A DNA stretch of 64,000 nt, from positions 7,688,001 through 7,752,000 of the forward strand of contig OZ287761.1 in assembly GCA_965649765.1 (NCBI GenBank), given 5' to 3'. Shown in pieces: positions 40,138-54,220 of this stretch. A model generated the notes under the pieces. It ran no database searches, was not told the origin of the DNA, and worked only from the letters and a program-made list of their open reading frames with translations. Numbering within the stretch: position 1 is the first letter of the stretch; each line of letters starts with the position of its first letter. This DNA comes from Bispira polyomma. Lineage: Eukaryota. A program made the position numbers and the translations under genes.

Positions 40138-40401
40138 ATGGATTTTGCAAAATCCCTGATTACACAGTTTGCCTGTAACATATATATATATAAGCAATGG
40201 GACAGAAGCAAACAGTTGTTTGTTGGTAAATTTAAAAATTGAGCCGGTAACATTTGTTTTAACCCTTTACAAACTGTGCTTGTAAACAAATAACTAAACA
40301 AATAGCTAAAGTCAAATGCCTTGATGGTCATTCTGCTGATGTATTTTTTTCATATTTTCCACTTTTTCTGATGATCCTTTTTTGTACACCAATTCGAGGT
40401 T
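40138..40401 (-). repeat. Inverted copy of the ~270-bp sequence at 38580-38795 / 18573-18868 (also 51055-51317)
   Basis: ACATTTGTTTTAACCCTTTACAAACTGTGC is the reverse complement of GCACAGTTTGTAAAGGGTTAAAACAAATGT; absent at the paralogous site in A (~20112). Confidence 0.85.
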
Positions 40402-43240
40402 TACTTCTACACTTAATAAGTACATGTACTATCTGTTGATTCAGATTGAAACCCCTAGTAAACCTAAATGGTTATCATTGACAGTGTCTAAAACCTAAGT
40501 ACCACATTAATTTCAATGGCGATTTTAGACAGGAACTGACTTTTTCTAGTCACATTTTAGCTGTATTCTTTAACACAGATATACGTCATGTTATGTTTGC
40601 AGTTCATAGCGAGTTTAAGTAATTTAGTGCTTACCGTTCAGGGAGAATGTAGCATTGCCTACAACTTCACTGTTATTAATCACATCGCGAGTGTCACCCC
40701 CATCTTAAAGTAAAATTTCTCCCCCTCCCCAAAAATTACAATGTGTGATTCATTTTTCAAAAGTAGAAACAGTATTTGTTTCACCTCTTCTGAAATTATT
40801 ATTGCCTATGATTGCTTAAAACCATGTCACTAAATCACACTTTAATAAGAACCATTTAGGTTAGAGTTAAATGCTTACAATCTTCTCAATATCTAAGGAC
40901 AAAACTTTTGGAAGCTTATTTTCATATGTATGCCAAATGGATTGTTGTATGCCTTAACATTTGTTCGCACAAAGATTAAGCAATATATATTTTTGGGATA
41001 AAACTAGACATTTAGAGATGTAGGAGTTTAAATATTTGAATGTGGCTCATTTGTTTTGGTTAAACCTAAACTCTAGTACTACTAGTACCTTGGGCTACTT
41101 AGTTCAGTCTTTGACTCAGACATGTAACCTTACTCAGTCAGTGGTTGATTCCACAGACCATTGATGGATAATATTGTAATCTTCTTTGCTTTTTTTATAG
41201 CTACATGTTCTCTAGTGAAGAGTAAATTACCTACAGTCACCAAATGATCCTTGTCAGTGTCAACAAAATAGGGCTAGTTAACAGTGCTGCTGATGAATAT
41301 TGTCTGTATTTAAGCAACTAATTTGACAAAATGTCTTTTTTAGGCCCTGCGATAACCGTCAAGCACTGAGTGACTTCAATTTTGCAGATATGTTTAAAGT
41401 TGAACTTTTTGTGAAATTCCACAGGAACTGAACTCAACATATATATTGCTATGTAATTGCTGCATTCAATAGAAGTTATTACTGAAATATCACAAAAATA
41501 TCAGAAAAAAAAGCAATTTTTTGGGGGGCGTATGTTGCTTAAAACCTTAAATACAGACGTTAAGGGGTTATCTGGATACTTTGTTAAAAAGCAGTGATCT
41601 AACTGATAGACTCCTTAATACACAAGATTAGCCTTAAAAAGTAGGTATGAACAGACATATATTGTATAAGTATATTGCTTACACAATCAAAGGGATACAG
41701 AGTTGTGGATGGTGTGTTTGTCAGTCAACAAGCAGCATTAACTGTAACAAATAATAAATATAACTCTATTTCTACCACATAGTTATTGTTTATCTGCCAG
41801 GTAGGTCAGACATTTCACTCAATTGGGGAAAAGCTTAATTCATAACAAAATGCTTGAGTGTCCTAAAAGCAATTTGCCATGAATTTACCAATGGTGGTAA
41901 TCTTTTTTCAAGGGACCATTGCATTTCAATATTTGACCATATTGTTGTTGATATATTCCCACAAAAATGAATATTTGACTATATTGTTGTAGTTTATATA
42001 TTCCCACAAAAATGAATTAACTCCCTCAATACTTAACACAGAAAATCCAGACCAAGAACTGAAATCTTAGTTTTGTATTGCAAGAACTTTCAGTCAGACA
42101 AAACACTGGAATCCCTATATTGATAAACATTAAGAAGTCTACCAAAAAGCTATTTGTCACTGATATAAATGAAGCTCATATCTAACTGCCTATTTATTTC
42201 TTTTGCCAATCTCCGGTTTTATCTTTGAATTTATCAGATGAACAAATTAAGAAAAGACAAAACATAGCCCAGAATCAAGCATCTCTGAGATTGTCTAGGC
42301 TTCCTATTTACCACAGGTTTTAAACTTACAGTCATGCTTAGAACTCTAATACCCACATAGATATAGATTGCCCTTTAATTATAGTTGGAAATAACCTAGA
42401 CATTTATATGTAACTAGGGCTTTTAGTCAAGAATTCTCAAGTATGCAGTCAGATTTGAGAGATATCTTTCTTGTATACAAAGAGACACAGCCGGCCTTAT
42501 TTTGAGTCAATGGTGAGTATAAGTTTGAAGTGCTTTGATAAGTGCTGGCCCTGTTCGGTGATATAAATGTCTTGAGATTTACAAGATACAAATACCATTT
42601 GCAGTGAGCTGGAACTTTACATCTAGATTCTTTACCCTGAACTTCCAAACACAAAATGACCAATGCCATTTTATTGAGAATTAGTTCAAATAGAATATGT
42701 ACACATCGTATATGTACCCTATAATTTTTGTCGAGTAAGTAGACTAAACATTTTATTATTTACTAAGTTATTACACTTAGTCACACAAAAGTGTAAGTTT
42801 AATTTTAAATTCTTATTTGAAAACTAATTTTCACTATTTAAGTTAATTAGTTTAAAATTAATTCCTAGTAAAAATGTCCACTTATATAAAGTGTTTTAAT
42901 GTCTATTAATACTTCAAATATACACACCAAAGACTAATGGACAGGGATCGTCACTCTTTGTTATTGACAAACCTTAGGCCTTTTGTTTTGTTATCCATTT
43001 TAAAGAAAAAGTTGCATCAGGTAAATTTTACAGGAAACACCAAATAAGGAAAGGCACACCCTGCTATGGAGCAGCTACGGAGAAAGGTACACAATAGTCC
43101 ATTAACACTATACATATGCAATGTTAACCAAAATCCTACAATTCTACAGTCATAACTACAATTAACCAGATAGGTCAAAGTTGATCTTAAAAATATTTTT
43201 ATATTTTCAATCTCTGAATAGACATGTTTGACTTAACTAG

Positions 43241-43451
43241 ATTTGAATTTGAATTTGGATATTTAACGTCCACTCTAGTACCTTTTAGTAGGTTATTTTG
43301 GGACGGGTAGTTGGAAACGCTGGAGGAAACACTGCATACAGTCGGTCAAGGTTCTGCAGAGAAACCAGCGGCCCACAGTAAGGAACTACCACCTTTCCCA
43401 CATAGGCATTGACAGGATTCGAACTCACACCGCCCAGAGGTGAGAGACCAG
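43241..43451 (-). mobile_element. S1 SINE lacking its 5' head
   Basis: (TTTGAA)n tail and B box present, A box missing; right flank jumps ~300 bp relative to copy C (55186 to 55490). Confidence 0.9.
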
Positions 43452-46400
43452 TTAATTGTTTTCATTCGAATGGAGAAGGGTTCCGCCATGTTAAAAACAA
43501 TATGCAAGGTCTTCATGGTTTGGTTGAAAGCAATCGACCCATCGTAACTGAGGATTTTCAGATTAGTATTTGTTGGGGTGCCAATCGGGCCTGAGTATAC
43601 AGTGGCCATATCAACGTTAGTGTATTTCACACTGTGTGCCTTTGTCGCTTGTTTAATTTGATCAATGCCAACCATCAATGTTTTAATAAGTAACAGTAAC
43701 ACACAATAAGACTTAGTGATCATCACATGTCTTCAACTGAAAGTCTAGTTTCCATTGGAAGTGCATTTTATACTCCTTTAAAATATCTAAATTCAACACT
43801 GGAATCTCTGTTAAAGTGGCTTCCACATATACCCTGAACCAACAGAAAACATGAAGGAATCAATTTTACCTATTGTTCCTTCATCCTGTCACATTTTGTC
43901 ATTCAGAAGCTGCATAGCAAGTCCACCCCAGGGGACTGCTAGATCAGTCCAACCTCCTTTTTCTATCACACTACCTTAATCCCTAGCGAATGCAATAGCA
44001 TTATCCAACTTTCTGTCCATCTGGGCCTTGTCCAATCACAGCATTAGCTATTAGTGACCCCTAAGCTAGGATAGCTATCCTCCATATTGAATTTGTGTTT
44101 TCACCTGTGAACAGGATATTTAGAAAATTATCCTCAATCTCACAAGCTTTAGTAAATATAAAATACTTGCAAGTAGACACACTAAAGCTGAACTTTTAGT
44201 ATTGTTAAAGCATTTATATAGTTGCCTTAAAATTGATATATAATCTTTCATGGCACTCATTCTCCAAAAGGGATGGTTCTACACCATAGCTTCGGTCATC
44301 ATTTGCAGGCAATGACATACTCACATCTTACCCAATGGATGTTGTCTGACCAATTAGCATAGTGGCATTAGTGGGAGTTAAATCAGCCGGACCACCAGAT
44401 CAATTCACCCAATCAGGGAGTCAAACCTAGGATCTTCTGATCCGCAAGTACAACTCCCCAACTGCTAGGCCATAGGGGATCACTTGAGTCACTTAAGTAG
44501 GATTTTTTTTTCATATCTATACTGTTATTTTAACAAAAATATATATCTACTTTACAAATATATATTGGACCCAGTAACTATATATTCCTAACTACATGTA
44601 CTTAGGGACTCAAATGAAGAAGACGTTGCTAATTCAAGGTCAAAGACAGTAACTAGTTTCTATACCAGTCACGGGAGTTATATCCTTGTCATGCAATAGC
44701 CATGGAATGTATATAGTTGGATATGGACAAGGCTATATGTCTGCTTCATATATACGATATATGTGGGTGGGTCTTTGGTGCAATTGCTCTATTGAAATAA
44801 TCATAAAAATAATAATAATAATATGTATGTATCCTTTATCAGATTGGACTTGCCAGAGATACATAAAGAAGTCAATAGAATCATATATAATATATGTAGT
44901 GAGGGATTTTATGCCTTTATGCTATGGTGTTTTGTTTATGAGGATGGGATTTTAAAAGTAAGCCATTAAGGTGTCATAATAAGGGGTAGTTGAGAAGCTC
45001 ATAGACAGACACTGCTAGTCTTTTTTATGTACCACTACAACGGTATGCCATTTAGTGCAGTTAATAACCAATCTCTTTCACACTTACTTTAAGAGCTGAT
45101 TTTTTTCGTTTTCCCCCATTGTCAAAATCATGACAAGAAATTCTTCTTTTGGGGATGAAAAGCTATAGAATCGATTTATTGATGAAGCTGCCTTTCAAAT
45201 CAGAAACAATACATTTAATTTCCACCAGGAAAACATAGTCCCCCTCTGCTTTGGTAGTATAACAAAGTGAATTTTCTCCTTGCCCTTTTTTTATCAAACA
45301 TGTTAGACTTGAAAGCTGACTAAAATATAAGTCAATATAGAAAAAACCATTGACAATTGGAGTACAATAGTTCAGTCAAAATTTGTTTTTAACGAACATC
45401 TTTAAACAAAACTCCATAGTGATTATATTCCACATAAAAACTCTAGTTAATGGAGAAACAAGTCGCTTAGAGACAGCATGAAGTGTTCTGTGGGTCTAAT
45501 TGTGTTAATTGTTGTCTAATTGGAAAAATATCTTATGTAATACTTAAAGAGCCAACCCTTAGACATGTTTAAAGATATTTCTACTGGAATCAGAGCAAAA
45601 TTATTTCTTGAGGTCACAGCATAGCAAAAGAAACAAATTTTTTTTCTTGAACCAGTTGAACTTTCAAAGTTTTTTTTCACAGTTGGAGTGACTTGCCCTT
45701 GTTAAAGACTGAACTCGATATCTAAAAATGAATCATTTGCAAAAACCAAGTCAGTGTCACAGTAAGATGTCCAAACTGTCAGGAAATGATTGATGAAGCA
45801 ATGCTTGGTTTCATACCAACCATGACTAAAACTACAACAAAATATTCATAAACCTACAGCTAAAAAGGGACATTGTAATAGATCTTCTCAATTTATTTTT
45901 TTTTTACTTCATCAAAAACAAATAAGCAATAATAAATTGAATGGAAAATTTGACATTCATTTGAAAGATTTAAAAAATGTGCAATTTCACGTTTTACGGG
46001 TTATTTTATTGTAGAAACACTTCCCTTTTCAGCACATTCTTATAAAGGTGTTTGACATTGTTTTCTACATAAACTTAGCAATCGATCTGATAAGTCACAT
46101 AGTTACTACATAACTCCCTAATTGTAAGTACAGTAGAACCTCTAATACACCTTAATGGAGCAAAAATCTGTCATAGATGCTTCATCAATTAAAAGACTGA
46201 GGTAGTTTAGTATACAATCATAGGAAAGATTAATTTAAGGTAAAAATAGTTTACCAAAATTGCATAATAGAAAACAAGTCTTTTTGTGTAATTGAAGTCA
46301 CAAAATACTTAGCAGTATTAGGAACAGTTAATGAGAGTTAATGCTATTAGTATTTTAAAGCTGTCTCCTTATTAAGTTCGGCATTTTTTCCCCTTATTCC

Positions 46401-49400
46401 TGGTATGTAGAACAAGGAGAGTAGGAGGTAACTCTATCAATGCCAGGAGCTGTGAAGTCAAATTAGATCAGCAATACAAACACTCAGTCTGTCTGACTGA
46501 TAGGGGGACACACACATAGAACGATAAATGAATTGTGTGGTAGCAAATTACTGAGCTCACCCCAAAAACACCTAATAGCTTTATCCTCTTAATTCATTCT
46601 CAAAGACATTACAAAAGGAACCCGAGGTCTAAAATGACAAAGTGCAAAATCCTTATGGCTGAAATCGCCATATCTCATATGTGTCATGATTTATCTTGTA
46701 TTTAGAATTTCCATTGTTAAATGTGCATTATTGATGCGAGGCATCTTCTAAAACAGAAATAATTAACCAATTCAGAAAGTAAAAAAAAACATAGCCAGCT
46801 CATAAGGAGGGATGAGTGGGGGTGTACAGGAGGAGGGTTTGCGAGTTTGAAGAGACAGATTTTAAGGTTTTTTCAGAACCCAGAAAGACTTTCCGGTGTT
46901 CAATAAGGTGCATTAAAAATGTGCAGTACAATAAAATGCAATAGAATACAGTCAGACACCTTGCTTGACTAATACAACTCTTTGACATTATGCTATATTA
47001 AAGCTGTAAATGTCTCTGATGACTTTTAACAGCTACAAAATACATCAATCTATGGTTGCCTTCTTTGAGCAATAACAAAAAGCGTTACAAGTTCAACATT
47101 TATTAACTAAAACCAGACAGTTATATCCCACGCCTCAGTAATCACACTATGTGATTATTCTTATTACACTATGTCAATGACATTATTTTCTATCACATTT
47201 GAAATATGAAATATCTCTTTCTGTTTTTTTGCTAGGATTGATGTCATCTTGACATTTTGGATTACATTAGAATGCTGTGTTGTGTACTGGTCAATAGGAA
47301 TGAAAAGGTTGCACATTTGGCTTGCATGCAATAATTTAAGTCATCTGGGAGGTTATCTGAGAAGTACCAGCAAAGAATAAAAGGTCCCTTTGTGTATGCC
47401 CTCTCCATCATATTTCATTATATACAGAACTTCAGACTGTCTCAAGCTACCCTACAAATTATTGTTAATAGAAGAACTTGTCATTTTTATCTGTCAACCC
47501 AACCATTTGATCATATATGATAAGTGAGTGCAGCAATGTCAATTTTTTTAAGTCTGAGCTAAAAATGCATCATTTGCATAAGGATTATATATGATAGATG
47601 TTTTTATGTTCATGGATAGCACAGGATATAGTAAAAAATGTCAATAAAAATGTGAATATTTGACAAATGTATAATGGTTCATGATTTTGTACAGGAATAT
47701 GCCTTGGTGCACATTTCTATTTATTTTTGTTGGTGCAAAACTGTTTTCGTATGTTAAATGTTCACGGGTTTTAAGACAGGAGAGATCCAAGAGTTCCTAA
47801 AATTAACAAAATTATATCTGAGACTTAATATTTGGAACATGTGTAGCACTTAACATATTAAAACAATTACTTTGTGTATATAGATGTTCTCATTTGTTGA
47901 TCAAATACTCAATAACATTTTCCTCTTCTTAAAGGAATAAAAACAGGGAATTCCCAATAAGTTTCAAATTGCATTAAACTGCCATTCACAGTCTTAATAT
48001 GTGTAGCATGTTAGCACCTCAATATACTCACTTAATTGTCCTGTGTACATAGTTACTTCAATTTATTCATTAAGTGCTGAATCACAGCTTACATTGAAGA
48101 GTTTCCAAAAAAAGTTCCCAATTATATTAAATATACATCTTAAACTTAATAAAATAAATGGATTGTTTATCAACCAGGACATTTCCAAAAAGTTTCAAAT
48201 TACATTAAAATGACATCCCAGTCTTAATATATGTAACATATGTAGTATCTGTGTACATACTTAACATACATGTCTACTCATATAATGGTCTTGTGTACAT
48301 AGATGCTTCAATTTGCTGATCAAGTGCTCAATCACAGTTTAAATGAAAAACTGAACATTAGCATTTTATTATCAATTATCTGTACCATTTTTTTGGTGAT
48401 TCATTTATTTCACCATGGAACAAAAACATTTTCCAGTTTTCTTGTGTAATCCTACAAGCCAAATAGAAGGTGTGAGATGAGAAGTTTATTGACCACTGGG
48501 ATGAGACCCTTTAAGAAGGTTTCTAAGAATATCTCTCAGACAGAGTCTCAGTAGATTTGGTAATAAGCTTTACTGAATTGAGTAAGATATTCACATAAAG
48601 GCCTGACCTTGAGACTCCCCCCCCCCCCTAGAGATTCTCTTCCCTTATACAGAAAAAATAAATTGACAACACGTCAGTCTTGCCATGGAGATAATTTACT
48701 TGAACTATTTCACTTGTTTATTTGCGGCTTTGCTAAAAATGTTCAGTATATACAAAGTAGTGTCTGTCTGTTTGGTGTGTGTATGGAATGAGGGTAGTAG
48801 ACTAACAGCATACTGCTATTATTGCAACTTCACCTATTTTTTTAAAACAATTTAAAGATGTTTTGATCTGTACTGCATAAGTCATTGACATGTCAAACCA
48901 TCCATAATTTATAAATTAAAGTATAAACCACAATTACAGCAACAACAAAAAGAACGCAATTTTGTTGGTGTATTACATTGACACTAGCACGTCCTTATTT
49001 TTCTCGTATGTAGAGATTACATATGGTAAGATATGAACATATATTGTTTACTAATCCTTAGGTTCATATATCAGGTCTCCCTATCCAATCAATATCCCTG
49101 ACTGTACGATTGAATTCATGGCTAAACATCTCTTGTTAAAATAAATAGTTAGAAGGGTCAACCATGTCCATTTCATTGGGTTGAATATGAATATTTGCTT
49201 ACAGAGTACACAACAACAATGTCCTTGATCTTCTATTTTCACTACAAGGTAAAAAAGGTAAATTCAGTGCACAGTGCTGCACATCTTTGTGTCTTATAAC
49301 TTGTATCAAATGCAAACTATAGCAAGTTTTCCCATGGCAAGTATACACCTGATTAAAAAGGGAAATAGCAATGGTCTGACAGTTATATTAATGGGTACGG

Positions 49401-51990
49401 GTTAAAACCTACCTAGAAATTTCCAATTACTACTGTTAACTAATATAAATGGTGAGAGTAGTGGTTCTTATGGTGTCTTTATGATGGTTTAAAGTATCGA
49501 AATGGTTGCTGAGCAATTACAGAATACTATTATTGAGGGTAATATCATTAACCCGTTAGCCAACAGGTAGTTGATACTGACCTTGTTTTTGTTAAAGGTG
49601 CATCAATTACACCTATGTTACTTGCCTCAGTGTGAAGCAGTAAAACAAAAATTACTAGTTGATAGCTTCGTATCTGCATCATTCATGCCATCAGCTATAA
49701 CCAACTATCAGAGACTGCACTGATATATAGTATATGTAGTTTGATGTTTTTGTTAATATTAGAAGATGCAAAACTATACCTTGAATTGATGAACAAAAAG
49801 TTGTTCATCAGAAAAAGTGGAAAATGTGTATATACATCACCAAAATGGCCATTAAGACATTGGACCTTAGTTATAAGTTATTTGTTTACAAGCACAGTTG
49901 GTCAAGGGTTAAAACAAATGTTATTTGCTCAATTATGAAACTTGCCAACAAACAACTGTTTGCTCCTTTCCTGTTGCCTATATATATATAGCCCTTTTTG
50001 TGGAGAGAAAAAAAAAACATTTTCAATTGTCATTAGTGGTTTCTGTCAACTTCCCGTGAATGAAATCAGATCACTGCTAGGAGTAAGTCATAAATGATTG
50101 TGCTAATATACAGAAGTATATCTCAAAGCCATATCTCATCGATTGTTCCAAGTCTCTATTTTCGGCTTTCAGTAAGAGTTTGAACCTACATTCATGAAAT
50201 TTGAAATATTTGAGTTTACATCACTTTCAACAGCTAGTGTTGAAGCACTGTAAACCATCCACGTACACAGCAAGAACCTGACAAACTTTCCCGCACAAAG
50301 GAACGAATGGGATTCAAACCCGCTAGGCTATTCTGGAACAAAGAAAGTGGCATCTATAGAACCAAGCCCAACCTGACATACTTTGTAACATGTAACAAGC
50401 AGTACCATTATAGCCTCTCTCCTCTGAGATGAGGCTTACATTAAGAAGATAAAATAAATGTTACCTCAGTGATTCCTAAATTAAGGCTTCAAAGCTCTGA
50501 CTCTTTGCAAGAAATGATTTTTTTATAGATTGCAAGCTGTATAAATGAATGTCGTGATAAAGGGCTTTTAGGGAGGACACTGTGGTTCTAGGATTACATT
50601 TTGGATTGTCCTTTATTTAAGCTTCTTAAAGGTCATTTTAAACCAGCTTTAAAGATTGTTTTTTTACTGTTTATATCCATCATTATAGTGATAAACAACA
50701 TAAAACCATTAGGCTTTGTCTTTTGACAACAAAGGCAGGGCCTTGAGATATATATCCATTGGAGAGTTTGCTGACTTTTCAAGCAGGGAATTAACAGCAC
50801 TCAGAATGTCAGTGGGCAAACCTTGAAATGTCGCACTTGATTAGCAGCTTGTCATTGTAATGCTACCCAGGAAGTGGCTTCACTTAATGGGAATTCTTCA
50901 CATATAAAAGTTAATTGAGCAATCACCCCAAAAAGGATGCTATCTCCATGTAACAGCAGTTAGTCTTGTCACCCTTAACCTGCCTTGAACTAAGCTTAAT
51001 CATTGTCAAGGAACCACACCTCTATTCAACCATATCTGGGTGTTCTAACAGTTTAATGGATTTTGCAAAATCCCTGATTACACAGTTTGCCTGTAACATA
51101 TACATATAGGCAATGGGACAGAAGCAAACAGTTGTTTGTTGGTAAATTTAAAAATTGAGCAGGTAACATTTGTTTTAACCCTTTACAAACTGTGCTTGTA
51201 AACAAAAAACTTTAACAAATAGCTAAAGTCAAATGCCTTGATGGTCATTCTGCTGATGCATATACATATTTTCCACTTTTTCTGATGATCCTTTTTTTGT
51301 ACACCAATTCAAGGTTCACTGCTACACTTAATAAGTACATGTACTAGTGAACCTAAATGGTTATCATTGACAGTGTCTAAAACCACATTAATTTCAATGG
51401 CGATTTTAGACAGGAACTGAATTTTTCTAGTCACATTTTAGCTATATTCTTTAACACAGATATACATCATGTTTTGTTTGGAGTTTATAGCGAGTTTAAG
51501 TACTTAAGTGCTTACCGTTCAGGGAGAATGTAGCATTGCCTACAACTTCACTGTTATTAATCACCCCCATCTTAGAGTAAAATCTCTACCCCTCCCCAAA
51601 AATTACAATGTGTGATTCATTTTTCAAAAGTAGAAACAGGATTTGTTTCACTGTGCTGTTCTTCTGTAATTATTATCGCCTATGATTGCTTAAAACCATG
51701 TCACTAAATCACACTTAAATAAGGACCGTTTGAGTTAAATGCTTACAATCTTCTCAATATCTAAGGAAAAAAGTCTTTGAAAGCTTGTTTTATATACGTA
51801 TGCTAAATGGACTGTTGTTTTTTTTCAGAAATTGTTTGCACAAAGATTAAGTAATATATAAATATTTTTGGGATAAAACTAGACATTTTGAGATATAAGA
51901 GTTAGAGATAAATAAATGTGTTTTGGTTAAACCTGAACTTTAGTAAAACTAGTAACCAGGGCTATTTAGTTCAGTCTTTGACTTAGTGAA

Positions 51991-52454
51991 TTTGAATTTG
52001 AATTTGGATATTTAACGTCCACTCTAGTACCTTTTAGTAGGTTATATTGGGACGGGTAGTTGGAAACGCTGGAGGAAACACTGCATACAGTCGGTCAAGG
52101 TTCTGCAGAGAAACCAGCGGCCCACAGTAAGGAACTACCACCTTTCCCACATAGGCATTGACAGGATTCGAACTCACACCGCCCAGAGGTGAGAGACCAG
52201 TTAATTGTTTTCATTCGAATGGATATTTTAACGTCCACTCTAGTACCTGTTTAGGTTATATTGGGACAGGTAGTTGTAAACGCTGGAGGAAACACTTCAT
52301 ACAGTTGATCAAGGTTCTGCACTGAAACCAGCAGCCCACAGTAAGGAACTAGCACCTTTCCCACATAGGCATCGACGGGATTCGAACTTACGCCGCCCAG
52401 AGGTGAGAGATTGTGAAGCGCAATGCTTGCTAACCACTAGGCCACCGCGGCCCC
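51991..52454 (-). mobile_element. S1 SINE dimer inside one 15-bp TSD
   Basis: CTTTGACTTAGTGAA at 51976-51990 and 52455-52469; empty site in A at ~20848; monomers 51991-52200 and 52220-52454. Confidence 0.92.
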
Positions 52455-53965
52455 CTTTGACTTAGTGAAAAGACATGTAAACTTGCTTAGTTCAGTGGTT
52501 AATTCCACAGACCACTGATGGATAACACTGTAATCTTCATTGCCTTTACATGGCTACAGGTTCTCTAAAAATTGCCTACAGTCACTCAATGACCCTTGTC
52601 AGTGTCAACAAAATAAGGCTGGTTAACAGTGTTGCTGATGAATATGGTCTGTTTTTAAGCCACTAATTTGTCAAAATGTATTTTTTAAGCCCTGTGATCA
52701 CAGCCAAACACCGAGTGACTTTGATTTTGCAATTTTGTTTAAAGTCAAACTTTTTGTGAAATTCTACAGGAACTACACTTAACATATATCTTACTATGTA
52801 ATTGTTGCAATCAGTAGAAGTTATTACTGAAATATGATCTAAATAGAAGAAAAAAATCAACTTCATTTTGGCCGTATGATACTTAAAACCTCAAATTCAG
52901 AAGGTAAGGGGTTATCTGGATACTTTGTCAGGAAGCAGTAATCTAACTGATAGACTCCTTAATACACAAGATGGACTTAAAAAGCAGGTATCAACAGACA
53001 TGTATTGTGTAAGTATCTTACTTACACAACGAAAGGAATACAGAGTTCTGGATGGTGTGTTTGTCAGTTAACAAGCAGCATTAACTGTAACAATAAATGT
53101 ATCTCAATTTCTAACAAGTAGTTATTGTTTATTTGCCTGGTAGGTCACTCATTTCACTTAATTCGGGAAAATCTTAATTCCTAAAAAATGCTTAAGTGTG
53201 CCAAAACAACAGTCAGAAACGTCAGGAATTTGCCAATGGTAGTAATCTTTTTACAAAGGGGGATTGCATTTCAATATTTGACTATATTGTTGGGTTGGTA
53301 ATATTCACACAATAAATTAATTCTTACTCAACCCTATTCTTACTCAGTAATTATCATCATATTGTGTTTCTGTGTTATGTATATTATTTGTTTTGTATTT
53401 TGTGTTACATGCAGAAATAAAAATATAAAATGTTTGACTATATTGTTGAGTTGTTAATATTCCCTCCAAAAAGAATAAACTTCTTACTCAACACTTGACA
53501 CTGTTCAGGTAGAATTTCTTTCACTTTTGTGGGACACATTGGCAGAGGTATACACTCTACTAGTGCCCTCCTAGTTCATCTCAGTCTCACAATCAAATAA
53601 AAATACTAACCAGTTTTAACCAGGAAAATCCAGACCAAGAACTGCAATTTTGGGGGGGTTTTGTATTGCGCAGAAACTTTCAGTCAGACAAAACACTGGA
53701 ATCCCTGTTTTGATAAACATTAAGAAGTCTACCAAAAAGCTATTTGTCACTGATATAAATGAAGCTCATATCTAACTGCCTATTTATTTCTTTTGCAAAT
53801 CTCCGGTTTTATTTTTGCATTTATCAGATGAACAAATTAAGAACTCTGAGAGACAAAACATAGCCCATAATCAAGTACCTCTGAGCTTGCCTGGGCTCTC
53901 TATTTACCACAGGTCTTAAACTTAAAGTCATGCTTAAAACTCTAATGCCCACATAGATATAGATT

Positions 53966-54220
53966 TGAATTTGAATTTGGATATTTAATGTCCACTCTAG
54001 TACCTTTTAGTAGGCTATATTGGGACGGGTAGTTGAAAATGCTGGAGGAAACACTGCATACAGTCGGTCAAGGTTCTGCAGAGAAACCAGCGGCCCACAG
54101 TAAGGAACTACCACCTTTTCCACATAGGCATCGACGGGATTCGAACTCATGCCGCCCAGAGGTGAGAGACCAGTGATTGTGAAGCACAATGCTTGCTAAC
54201 CACTAGGCTACCGCGGCCCC
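53966..54220 (-). mobile_element. Full-length S1 tRNA-derived SINE with a 15-bp TSD
   Basis: A box TAGCCTAGTGG, B box GAGTTCGAATCCC, (TTCAAA)n tail on minus; ACATAGATATAGATT at 53951-53965 and 54221-54235; empty sites at ~21617 and ~42355. Confidence 0.95.

Larger units (their letters stand above)
34200..46330 (+). repeat. Copy B of the ~15-kb tandem duplication
   Basis: Collinear with A and C; lacks the ~2.5 kb equivalent to 28620-31120 (replaced by ~200 bp at 43915-44120); the B/C junction lacks the ~1.6 kb equivalent to 33350-34938. Confidence 0.93.

Noticed and set aside
53966-54220. tRNA gene
   Set aside because: A and B boxes are present but followed by a ~170-bp body, tandem tail and TSD, so it is a SINE.
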